NCBI GenBank assembly: GCA_963666925.2
Contig: CAXXTC010000007.1
Location: 64,001 to 128,000, forward strand
DNA: 64,000 bases
Direction of reading: 5' to 3'
Origin: Phycisphaerae bacterium
Lineage (GTDB): Bacteria; Planctomycetota; Phycisphaerae; UBA1845; Fen-1342
The position numbers and the translations under genes were made by a program. Position 1 is the stretch's first letter. Every line of letters begins with the position of its first letter. Below, piece after piece: positions 14,437-23,603 of this stretch. Below the pieces are notes generated by a model, which saw nothing but the letters and a program-made list of their open reading frames with translations, ran no database searches and was not told the origin of the DNA.

Positions 14437-17400
14437 ATGAAGACGATGCGAATGTTCTTGGTTGGTGTGCTGGTGCTTGTGGTGGCGCCGGCGTCACTGG
14501 CACAGGATGCGAAGAAGCCGGTGAAGGAATCGGCCCAGGACATGAGTAAGCTTGGGGACACGCCGCCGGTGGGGCACCACGAGCAGCCGCGGGATCAATA
14601 TGTCAAGCCGGCTCACAAGGTTACCTCGCCGGGCATGATTGTCCGTAGTCGGGGTGGCTACACGAGTGTGCAGGTAAACGTCGACGAGAATGGCAACAAC
14701 ATTGTTGGGGATGCCGCGAATGAGCCGTCGATCGCCGTCGATCCGAGCAATCGCAACCGGATGGTGATTGGCTGGCGTCAGTTTGATTCGATCAGCAGTG
14801 ATTTTCGACAGGCGGGCTGGGGCTATACGAGCGATGGCGGGCGTTCGTGGACGTTTCCGGGTGTGATCGAGCCGGGCATTTTCCGTTCTGACCCGGTCCT
14901 GGACGCCGACGCGGATGGCAACTTCTACTACAACAGCCTGACGACCGACGGTGGCTCCGAGTATTGGTGCCATGTGTTCAAGTCGGCCGACGGCGGTGCG
15001 AGCTGGGACGAGGGGACGTATGCCTGGGGCGGCGACAAGCAGTGGCAGACGATTGATCAGACCGATGGCATCGGCCGAGGCAACATCTATGCCTCGTGGA
15101 ACAGCTTCTATAGCGCGTGCTCCGGGCACTTCACGCGCTCGACTGATAATGGGCAGTCTTTTGAGTCTTGCACCAGCGCACCCGGGAGTCCGTATTGGGG
15201 CACGCTAGCGGTGGGGCCGGACGGGGAGTTGTACCTCAGCGGCCAGGGGTTCACCGTGTGCAAGTCGACCACGGCCCAGAACGCTGCGCTGCCCATGTCG
15301 TGGGACTACTGCACGAGCGTTGATCTCAACGGGAGCGTTCAATTTTCGGCAGGGCCAAACCCGGCCGGTCTGCTCGGGCAGGTTTGGGTGGATGTTGATC
15401 GCAGCTCGGGGCGTAGCCGCGGCAACGTGTACATGCTCTGCTCGGTTGATCCGTCCGGGTCCGATCCGCTGGACGTGATGTTCGCGCGCAGCACCGACGG
15501 CGGCGAGACGTGGAGTTCTCCGATCCGCGTGAATGATGACTCGACCACCAACGGAGCCTGGCAGTGGTTCGGCACGATGTCGGTGGCACCCAATGGCCGG
15601 ATCGACGTCGTCTGGCTGGACACGCGCAACGACTCGGGCGGGTATGACTCGCAGTTGTACTACGCGTATTCCGAAGACGGCGGCTTGACGTTCTCGGCCA
15701 ACGAAGCGTTGAGCCCGTCGTTTGATCCGGAACTCGGGTGGCCGCAGCAGAACAAGATGGGTGACTACTTCGACATGATCTCGGACGACCTGGGCGCCGA
15801 CCTGGCCTATGCGGCTACGTTCAATGGCGAGCAGGACGTCTACTACATTCGGATCGGTGATTCGTGTCTGGACGCCGGCCGGGTCATGCTGGATCAGGAA
15901 ACCGTCGCGTGTGAGGGTGAGATCGAGATCGCGGTCAACGACTGCGGCTTGAACACCGACGATGATGTTATCGAGACGGTTGACGTGGTTGTTGCTTCGG
16001 ATACCGAGCCGGGTGGTGAGACGATTACGCTTACCGAGATCAACCCGGTGGCAGCGCACTTCGTCGGCACGGTTGCGGTCAGCCCGACCGACGGGGACGG
16101 CGTGCTGGCGGTCGCCGAGGGCGACAGCGTTACGATCACATATATCGATGCTGATGATGGTGAGGGTGGCACCGATGTTCCCGTGATTGGCGCGGTGTTG
16201 GTCGATTGCACCGGCCCGGTCATCACGAATGTGCAGGTACCGACGGTTGAGCCGCGCAGCGCCGTGGTTACGTTCGACGTTGACGAGCCGGCGCGCGGCA
16301 CGGTCCACTACGGACTGAGCTGCGACGCGCTCGACGAGACCGCAACCGGCAATCTCATGGACACGCCGACGGTGAACATCACCGGACTCCAGGACAATAC
16401 GACCTACTATTTCATGGTTGAAGCTGCGGACGAAGCCGGCAATGCCACCGGCGATCCGCAGTGCTACACGTTTAGCACGCCCGAGGTGCCGGACTTCTTT
16501 ACCGAGCTGTTCGACGACAGCGCGTTCGACCTGGACCACATGAGTCTGGAGTTTTCGCCGAATGATTCAGTCGACTTCTACAGGGGCTGTTTCCTGGGCG
16601 AGATCACCAGTCTGCCGACCGATCCGGCCGGCGGCACCGCCGTCTCGCTGGGTGATGATGCCAGCACAGAAATCTCCATCACCGGCGGCAACACCGTGTC
16701 CCTCTATGGTGTCAGCTACAGCAGTTTCTACATTTGCAGCAACGGCTACATCACCTTCGGCACCTCGGACACGACCTACTCCGAGACGCTCGAAGACCAC
16801 TTCAGCCTGCCGCGGATCGCGGGTATCTTTGATGACTTCAACCCCAGCAGCGGCGGCACGGTCAGCTATGAGCAATTGGCCGACCGCATGGTGGTTACGT
16901 GGGACGGCATCCCCGAGTACAGCGAAAGCAACAGCAACACCTTCCAGGTGGAGATGTACTTCGACGGTACGATTGTGTTGAGCTACCTGGACGTCGCGGT
17001 TGTGGACGGCCTGGTCGGTCTGTCTGAAGGCGAAGGCCTGGATCCGGACTACTTCGAGTCGGATCTGTCGAGCACGCTGGGCTGTGATCCGCGGCCGCCG
17101 TACGCGGCGGGCGGTGAAGTCCTCACCGACGTCAACGAGCCGGTCGACATCGAGCTGCTGGCCAGCGACGACGGTCTGCCCGATCCGCCAGCGGCGCTGA
17201 CTTACACGATCGTGTCGTTGCCGGAGCACGGCGACCTGAGCGATCCGGACGGCGGCGTGATTGACGCGGTGCCGTACACGCTGATTGCCGGGAACATGGT
17301 GAATTACGCCCCGGATTACGCTTACACCGGCCCGGATGCGTTTACGTTCATGGCCAACGACGGCGGCACCCCGCCGGACGGCGGCGACTCGAACGTGGCG

Positions 17401-18132
17401 ACGATCAGCATCACGGTTGGTGGCCCGCAGCCGGTACACGTCTTCATGCTGGACGAGGATCCGGACTGGAGCGTCGAAGGCGAGTGGGCCTTTGGTGTTC
17501 CGACCGGCGGCGGCTCACACAACTACGATCCGACCAGTGGTTACACCGGCGACAATGTCTACGGTTACAACCTGGCCGGTGACTATGAGAATGAGATTCC
17601 GGAATACGCGTTGACGACGACTGCCATTGACTGTAGCGACATGACCGGCGTCGAGTTGCGTTTCTGGCGTTGGTTGGGTGTCGAGTCGGCGACGTGGGAT
17701 CACGCCAACGTGCAGGTGTCCAATGACGGGACGACCTGGACGATGGTGTGGGAGCACACGGACAGCTCGATCAGTGACACGTCGTGGTCGCAGCAGGTGT
17801 TCGACATCTCAGGTGTTGCGGACAACGCAGCGACCGTATACGTGCGCTGGGTCATGGGCGAGACGGACGCGTCGGTGACGTATCCGGGCTGGAACATTGA
17901 TGACATTGAGCTGTGGGGTGTGGTTCCGTTCGAGGTCGCTACGGGCGACCTGAACTGCGACGGCTACGTCAACTTCGATGACATCAATCCGTTCGTGACG
18001 GCGATGGTTGGCCAGGCGGAGTACGAGGCGGAGTATCCGGACTGCAACTGGCTGAACGGTGATACTGATAACAACGGTACGGTGAACTTCGACGACATCG
18101 ACGGCTTCGTCGAGTTGCTGGCCGGCAAGTAG
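14437..18132 (+). CDS. Large secreted multidomain protein: BNR/Asp-box (sialidase-like) propeller, FN3/Ig-like domains, jelly-roll module, C-terminal dockerin-like repeats
   Basis: Signal peptide and AGGAG SD; several S.DGG.SW Asp boxes; tail GDLNCDGYVNFDDINPF...GDTDNNGTVNFDDIDGF. Confidence 0.8.
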   Translation: MKTMRMFLVGVLVLVVAPASLAQDAKKPVKESAQDMSKLGDTPPVGHHEQPRDQYVKPAHKVTSPGMIVRSRGGYTSVQVNVDENGNNIVGDAANEPSIAVDPSNRNRMVIGWRQFDSISSDFRQAGWGYTSDGGRSWTFPGVIEPGIFRSDPVLDADADGNFYYNSLTTDGGSEYWCHVFKSADGGASWDEGTYAWGGDKQWQTIDQTDGIGRGNIYASWNSFYSACSGHFTRSTDNGQSFESCTSAPGSPYWGTLAVGPDGELYLSGQGFTVCKSTTAQNAALPMSWDYCTSVDLNGSVQFSAGPNPAGLLGQVWVDVDRSSGRSRGNVYMLCSVDPSGSDPLDVMFARSTDGGETWSSPIRVNDDSTTNGAWQWFGTMSVAPNGRIDVVWLDTRNDSGGYDSQLYYAYSEDGGLTFSANEALSPSFDPELGWPQQNKMGDYFDMISDDLGADLAYAATFNGEQDVYYIRIGDSCLDAGRVMLDQETVACEGEIEIAVNDCGLNTDDDVIETVDVVVASDTEPGGETITLTEINPVAAHFVGTVAVSPTDGDGVLAVAEGDSVTITYIDADDGEGGTDVPVIGAVLVDCTGPVITNVQVPTVEPRSAVVTFDVDEPARGTVHYGLSCDALDETATGNLMDTPTVNITGLQDNTTYYFMVEAADEAGNATGDPQCYTFSTPEVPDFFTELFDDSAFDLDHMSLEFSPNDSVDFYRGCFLGEITSLPTDPAGGTAVSLGDDASTEISITGGNTVSLYGVSYSSFYICSNGYITFGTSDTTYSETLEDHFSLPRIAGIFDDFNPSSGGTVSYEQLADRMVVTWDGIPEYSESNSNTFQVEMYFDGTIVLSYLDVAVVDGLVGLSEGEGLDPDYFESDLSSTLGCDPRPPYAAGGEVLTDVNEPVDIELLASDDGLPDPPAALTYTIVSLPEHGDLSDPDGGVIDAVPYTLIAGNMVNYAPDYAYTGPDAFTFMANDGGTPPDGGDSNVATISITVGGPQPVHVFMLDEDPDWSVEGEWAFGVPTGGGSHNYDPTSGYTGDNVYGYNLAGDYENEIPEYALTTTAIDCSDMTGVELRFWRWLGVESATWDHANVQVSNDGTTWTMVWEHTDSSISDTSWSQQVFDISGVADNAATVYVRWVMGETDASVTYPGWNIDDIELWGVVPFEVATGDLNCDGYVNFDDINPFVTAMVGQAEYEAEYPDCNWLNGDTDNNGTVNFDDIDGFVELLAGK

Positions 18133-18186
18133 TCATTGACGTTCGCACGCTGACGGGCTATGGCCCGTGAGCGTGAAGACCAAACG

Positions 18187-18232
18187 AGCCCGCGCTTCGG
18201 GATGAACTGACCCGGGGCGCGGGCTTTCGTGT
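18187..18232. terminator. Hairpin terminator between convergent genes
   Basis: AGCCCGCGC...GCGCGGGCT stem followed by TTCGTGTT. Confidence 0.55.
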
Positions 18233-18238
18233 TGGGGG

Positions 18239-19168
18239 CTACTGCACTATGCCGCGGGTAAGGTGCATGAACGCGGTTTCGAGGTTGACCTCTTCCTGCT
18301 TGATTTCCTGGATGCGCAGATTGTTCTGGAGCATGGCGCTGGCGATGAAGCTGAAGTCGTTGGTGTCGCTCGTCAGGGTGACGACCAGCCGACCATCGCG
18401 GGGCTGAACGGTGTCGACGGCCGGCAGGCCGGCGAGCACCTCGGCGGCACGGGCGGAGTCGTCGGGGGTCGTGACATGCACGACGGTGCCGATGCGGGCC
18501 CGGCGGACGGCCTCCTGGACGGAGCCCTGGAAGAGCATCTCGCCCTGTTCGAGGATGCCGATGCTGGTGCAGAGGTCGGCCAGCTCGGGCAGGATGTGTG
18601 AGCTGATTAGGATGGTTTTGCCCATGCGGTGCAGCTCTTTGAGCAGTTCGCGGATCTCGATGCGGGCGCGCGGGTCGAGTCCGCTGGCAGGCTCGTCGAG
18701 CATGAGGACCTTGGGGTCGTGGAGCAGGACGCGGGCGATGCTGAGGCGTTGTTTCATGCCGCGGGAGAGACCATCGACGAGGGCGTCCTGTTTGAAGGTG
18801 AGGTCGGTGAGTTCAAGGACGTCGCCGACGATACGGTCGCGTTTCTTGCCGGTGATGTCGTAGGCACTGGCGAAGAACTCGAGGTATTCCTGTACGACCA
18901 TGTCCTCGTAGGCGCCGAAGAAGTCGGGGACGTAACCGATGAGCGGGCGGATCTTGCGAGATTCGTAGCCGACGACGTGCCCGCAGACGCGGGCTTCGCC
19001 CCAGGTTGGTTGGAGTAGGGTGGAGAGGATGCGGATGGTGGTGGTTTTGCCGGCACCGTTGGGGCCGATATAGCCGAAGCACTCGCCCTCCTCGATATTG
19101 AGGTGGAGGTTGTTTAGTGCGACGAGCTTGCCGTAGCGTTTGGTGAGGTTGATGGTCTGGATAATCAC
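18239..19168 (-). CDS. ABC transporter ATP-binding protein (ABC-2/export type)
   Basis: GPNGAGKTT, LSRGMKQR, LDEPASGLD and ISSH motifs. Confidence 0.93.
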   Translation of the reverse strand: MIIQTINLTKRYGKLVALNNLHLNIEEGECFGYIGPNGAGKTTTIRILSTLLQPTWGEARVCGHVVGYESRKIRPLIGYVPDFFGAYEDMVVQEYLEFFASAYDITGKKRDRIVGDVLELTDLTFKQDALVDGLSRGMKQRLSIARVLLHDPKVLMLDEPASGLDPRARIEIRELLKELHRMGKTILISSHILPELADLCTSIGILEQGEMLFQGSVQEAVRRARIGTVVHVTTPDDSARAAEVLAGLPAVDTVQPRDGRLVVTLTSDTNDFSFIASAMLQNNLRIQEIKQEEVNLETAFMHLTRGIVQ

Positions 19169-21567
19169 GGGTTGCTCCCGGGGCTGCGTGGTCGGCCGGT
19201 GTACTCGATAGGCAGGCGGACGCGCAGCAAGGTCAGGCCATCGCTGGCAGTGAGGGGGACGTCGCCGCGCATGAGCGTGGCGGGGCCGGGCTGGTGAGCC
19301 CAGCAGAGCAGGACAGCCTGGCCGGTCTGTGAGCCGCCGAGCAGCCAGTGGGTGATGTCCATTTCGGGCAGGCCGTCGGTGGTGATCTCGCGAGCGGCGG
19401 AGTCGTAATCGCTGGTGGTGCAGTGGAGGAAGAAGTTGCGGGTGGAGGCCAGGAGCAGGGCACGGATATCAGGACTCAGGGCGCGGAAAATGGTGGGGCG
19501 GAGGGTCAGGCCGGCCCATTCGTGTTGCATATCGTGGAGCGTGGAGAGGTCGGGCATGTCGCGGCGTTTGCCCTTCCTGGCGCGCCACTGATCCTGCTCG
19601 CGGCGGATGCGCTGGTATTGGGCGGTGCCGATGTTGATGGCGCGCTGACCGGTATCGATGCCGGGCAGATTGAGGGCCAGTATGTTGACGGCTGGTGGTA
19701 CGCGAGCGGGTTCGTCGGGCTGGTCGTAGAGGGTGTTGAGGTTGACAGCGCGCGCGGGGACGCCGACCTGTTCGTGACGCGGGTCGATGAAGAGCAGGAT
19801 GCCGCCCGCAAGGTTGAGCCCGGTGTCGTTGATCAGCCAGCTATCGGGGGTGAGCTGCCCGGTGGCGCGGTCGGCGATGAGTCGGCCGCGGATGGTCCCG
19901 TCGAGCTGGCCTTGCCAGTAGCTCTCGAATTGTTTGAGCGTGGCGCGCATGAGGACATCGTCGAGTTGTGCGCGAGGTGCGTCGGCGCTATAGCGTGCTG
20001 GGGTGAGGTAATAGTTCTTGCGAATGGGGTTGCGCGCCAGGGGGCGGAGGAAGCTGCCGTCGTCGGGCAGGGTAAGCTCGACCCGGCGGCGGATGGGGCT
20101 GGCATAGCCAAAGAGCACCGGCCCGCGGGCCTGCACCGAAGTGGCGCGCAGATCGAGAATGCTGAGCGTCTGTACGCCGCGAGAGAACAACGTGCGCATA
20201 CCGCTGACGGTGAACAGGCTAAAAGCGCTGGCGACGACGGCGAAAACGGCGAAGACAGTCCAGGAGAGCTGGGTCTGGTTACGCCGCCGAAGCCACCACC
20301 AGGTTCCGACGGTGGCGGCTGCGATATAGGCGGCGACGAAGAGAAAGGCGGTGAGGCTGCCGACGGCGGACGTCCGGCGGAACGAAATGGGCTGCACGAC
20401 ATCGTCGTACAAGTTATCCGGCAAGAAGATGCCGCTGAGCTTGTTGAGCTCGTTCTCCTTGAACCTGCTGGTGAGGCGGTTGAGGTCGAGCAGGTCGGTG
20501 AAGAAGCGTTCCTTATTGATCAGAACGGGCTCGCCCGAGCTTTCGGGCGCCTGTGGTTCGTGCAGCCGGAGTGTGAGCAGCTCGCGGATGCTGGCGGCCG
20601 AAGCGCTGACGCGTCCGGAATCGACGGTGTGAAGGGCGAGCAGATTGATGGTCGCGTTGCCCGGGCCGTATTCGCCCATGATGCGCAGGGCGCCGGGGGT
20701 GAGCTGGGCGGTCGTGGCGGGCAGCGGACGGGCGAGCTTGCGGGCGGACGCCCCGCGTTCGCCATAGCGGCCGAGGAAGAGGCTGACGCGGTCGAGCTCG
20801 ACAGTCGGGCCGGCGCCGCTGAGTGGCAGCAGGGGGGCCAGTTCACAGGCGGCGAGTTGTGGCCAGTTGGCGCCGACGCCGACGATGAGTTGGCCACCGT
20901 TGCGCACCCACGCGACCAGCGCGTCGCGCTGGGCGATACTGAGCTGGTTTGGCTGGGGCAGGTCCCAGAAGATGACATCGACGGACTCGAGCCCCCACCA
21001 GCGGTCGGGCAGGTTGGCGGCGGCGAGGGTGGAGACGACGACGTTACGGTAGTAGGGTCGCACGCCGTTGCCGCGATCGCCGGGGTTCCAGGGTGCGGTG
21101 ATGAGGTTGCGCAGTCCGGGGATGCCCTGGTCGCTGATGTCTAGGACGAGCAGGTCGTCGTTGTTGATCATCTCGCAGGGTTGGGCGGGCATGGGCAGGC
21201 GCGCGATGAGTATGCCGGCATCGCTGACTACGTCGACGTGCTCGGGGACTTCGAGGATGTCGTTGACCTGGGCGTAGCACCAGATTTCCTTACTGGCGAC
21301 GCCGGGGGCGACCGTGGCGCGGGGCTGGGTGAAAGCGACGCGATCACCGTCGAGGTCGAGGCACTCGACGCGGAGAGAGCCGGAGAAAACGTCGCTGCCC
21401 TGGGGCGTGAGCTTGACGCGGATGGGTAGCCACTGTCCGCCCTTGAAGATGGTGCTGCCACCGGCGGCGAAACCGGCGGCGACAACCTCGCCGTCGACGA
21501 CCTGGGCCTGGGCGACGGTCGTGGCAACGATCAGGAGCGCCAGAATTGACAGGCGACGGGCGGCCAT
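19165..21567 (-). CDS. Membrane protein coupled to the ABC ATPase
   Basis: Signal peptide, central pair of TM helices, GAGGAG SD; its stop overlaps the ATPase start. Confidence 0.7.
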   Translation of the reverse strand: MAARRLSILALLIVATTVAQAQVVDGEVVAAGFAAGGSTIFKGGQWLPIRVKLTPQGSDVFSGSLRVECLDLDGDRVAFTQPRATVAPGVASKEIWCYAQVNDILEVPEHVDVVSDAGILIARLPMPAQPCEMINNDDLLVLDISDQGIPGLRNLITAPWNPGDRGNGVRPYYRNVVVSTLAAANLPDRWWGLESVDVIFWDLPQPNQLSIAQRDALVAWVRNGGQLIVGVGANWPQLAACELAPLLPLSGAGPTVELDRVSLFLGRYGERGASARKLARPLPATTAQLTPGALRIMGEYGPGNATINLLALHTVDSGRVSASAASIRELLTLRLHEPQAPESSGEPVLINKERFFTDLLDLNRLTSRFKENELNKLSGIFLPDNLYDDVVQPISFRRTSAVGSLTAFLFVAAYIAAATVGTWWWLRRRNQTQLSWTVFAVFAVVASAFSLFTVSGMRTLFSRGVQTLSILDLRATSVQARGPVLFGYASPIRRRVELTLPDDGSFLRPLARNPIRKNYYLTPARYSADAPRAQLDDVLMRATLKQFESYWQGQLDGTIRGRLIADRATGQLTPDSWLINDTGLNLAGGILLFIDPRHEQVGVPARAVNLNTLYDQPDEPARVPPAVNILALNLPGIDTGQRAINIGTAQYQRIRREQDQWRARKGKRRDMPDLSTLHDMQHEWAGLTLRPTIFRALSPDIRALLLASTRNFFLHCTTSDYDSAAREITTDGLPEMDITHWLLGGSQTGQAVLLCWAHQPGPATLMRGDVPLTASDGLTLLRVRLPIEYTGRPRSPGSNP

Positions 21568-21729
21568 AACTCCTCGCATCAGGGGATACGTGACCCCGCG
21601 GTTCGTGTTCGTGCAATCCCGTGTGGCGGGCGGCCGACGGCCCTCCTGCTACAGAATACTCGGGAAATGGGGCAGTGGGTACGGGCCGGAGCTGGTGAAA
21701 ACAGGGTAGAAGTTATCACGGAAGCTAGC

Positions 21730-21758
21730 TTGACGTGAATCGGCCAGGGTGGCAAAAT
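21730..21758 (+). promoter_or_regulatory. Sigma70-type promoter
   Basis: TTGACG-N17-CAAAAT with an extended -10 TG. Confidence 0.6.
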
Positions 21759-21917
21759 AAGTAATTCGTTCTGAGCGGGGAAGTCCCGCGCGATGATCAA
21801 CTGGCAGAGGCAACTGATTCCATGAAAATTCGGCCAATTATGGACATTACGCTGGTCTATCCGGCCGGGCCGGAGTTGCCTCCGCCGCGTTAAGAACGTG
21901 ACGCAACGTGGAGTTTC

Positions 21918-21951
21918 AACCCCGGCACCGCAAGGACGCCGGGGTTTTTTT
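21918..21951 (+). terminator. Intrinsic terminator upstream of the MATE gene
   Basis: AACCCCGGC...GCCGGGGTT stem with a T7 tail. Confidence 0.8.
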
Positions 21952-21989
21952 GTTGTCCCCCCCGGCGGCAGTACACCATTCGCTGAGGA

Positions 21990-23489
21990 ATGATCGTGTC
22001 ACCCAGAGCACCGCGAACCGCAGACCTCCAATCGACCGGCAGCCTGACGGCGCAATTGCTCCGTCTGGCGGCGCCGCTGGTCGTGATGATGGTCTCGCGC
22101 ATGGCGATGACCTTCGTCGACGTGCTGATGGTGGCCCGGTTGGGGACCGAAGCACTGGCCGCGATCTCGCCGGCAGCGCTGTTCGTTATGGTGCTGGGGT
22201 GTCTGGGGGTCGGAGTCGCGCAGGGCGTGCAGACCTATGCGGCCCAGTCCGACGGGCGCGGCGAGTCGCGCGTTGCCGGCGCGTACGCCTGGCAGGGTTT
22301 CTACATCGCCGTGTTGTTCGCGGCGATGGTTCTGGTGGTTGCCCCGACGACGCCGACGTGGTTCGGGTGGGTGGCGCAGCTCGGCGGTCATAGCCCCGCG
22401 GTGACGGCGGCGGAAGTAGCCTACATCCGCATCGCGCTGTGGTCGATCCCGCTTTCGATCGCAACTATCAGCCTGAACGCCTTCTTCACCGGGCTCCAGC
22501 GTCCATGGATTACCGCCGTCGCCGTGATCGTCTCGCTGGCGGCGAATATCCTGGGCAACTGGATCATGATTTTCGGGCATCTCGGATGTCCGGCCCTGGG
22601 GATTGCCGGGGCGGCCTACTCGACCGTGATCGCGTGGGTCATCCGGTTGATCATCCTGCTGGTGACGTTTCTGCTGCCGCGGTTTGACCAGGCCTACGCG
22701 ACGCGCAGCTCGTACGCGCTGAGCCGAAAGAAGCTCCAGCGGCTGGTCTGGGTCGGCGGCCCGACGGCCGTGCAGTGGCTGTTCGACATCGGGTCGTGGG
22801 CGCTGTTCATGGTGTTGATCGTGCCGGCCTACGGAACGGCGGCGATGGCGGCGACCAACGTCGGTATGCAACTCATGCACCTGTCGTTCATGCCGGCGAT
22901 GGGCATCGGGATGGCACTCTGTTCGCAGGTCGGGTTTGCGATCGGCGAGGGTCGGCCGGAGAACGCCATGCAGCGAGTGCGGGTGGCGGTGCGGTTGACG
23001 GCTACGTACATGGGACTTATCGGGCTGCTGTTCTGGCTGGCGCCGGAGCCGCTGCTGGGGCTGTTCAGTGCGCAGCCGGAGGTCACGCAGGCTGGTCGGC
23101 TGGTGCTGATCTGGGCGGCGGTGTTCCAGGTGTTCGACGCGCTGGCGATCACCTACGTCAACGCCCTGCGCGGTGCGGGCGACACGCGCTGGCCGGCGGC
23201 CGTGCTGACGGTACTGTGCTGGGTGGTGTTCATCGGTGGCGGGCTGGCGATGGCGTATTGGGCGCCGGGCCTGGGTCTGAGCGGGCCGTGGGCCTGCTGT
23301 GCGCTGTATGTCATATTGCTGGGGCTCGTGCTGGCGTGGCGCTGGCGTGGTGGCCGGTGGCGTGAATTGCGGCTCTTCGCCGAAGAGGACGAAGCACGCG
23401 CTGCGGACGCGCCGGCGACCGGCGAAAACGCCGGAGACGAAACCACCGCCGCGGAGCCGCTGCCGGCCACCGCTACCAGCGAGCCATAG
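21990..23489 (+). CDS. MATE-family efflux transporter
   Basis: About 12 TM segments; GCPALGIAGAAYST and ALRGAGDTRWP motifs. Confidence 0.92.
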   Translation: MIVSPRAPRTADLQSTGSLTAQLLRLAAPLVVMMVSRMAMTFVDVLMVARLGTEALAAISPAALFVMVLGCLGVGVAQGVQTYAAQSDGRGESRVAGAYAWQGFYIAVLFAAMVLVVAPTTPTWFGWVAQLGGHSPAVTAAEVAYIRIALWSIPLSIATISLNAFFTGLQRPWITAVAVIVSLAANILGNWIMIFGHLGCPALGIAGAAYSTVIAWVIRLIILLVTFLLPRFDQAYATRSSYALSRKKLQRLVWVGGPTAVQWLFDIGSWALFMVLIVPAYGTAAMAATNVGMQLMHLSFMPAMGIGMALCSQVGFAIGEGRPENAMQRVRVAVRLTATYMGLIGLLFWLAPEPLLGLFSAQPEVTQAGRLVLIWAAVFQVFDALAITYVNALRGAGDTRWPAAVLTVLCWVVFIGGGLAMAYWAPGLGLSGPWACCALYVILLGLVLAWRWRGGRWRELRLFAEEDEARAADAPATGENAGDETTAAEPLPATATSEP

Positions 23490-23603
23490 TCGGCCGCGAC
23501 GTCCGACCGGGCTGACCGGCCGCCGCGGTGGTCAGAGCGGTCCGCTCCAAGTATTCTTTGACGTTTTGCAGACCGATTACCGTCTGCGGCTGCGGAGATA
23601 GCG

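Noticed and set aside
21900..21951. T-box riboswitch for ileS
   Set aside because: No GGTGGNACC T-box consensus ahead of the terminator.
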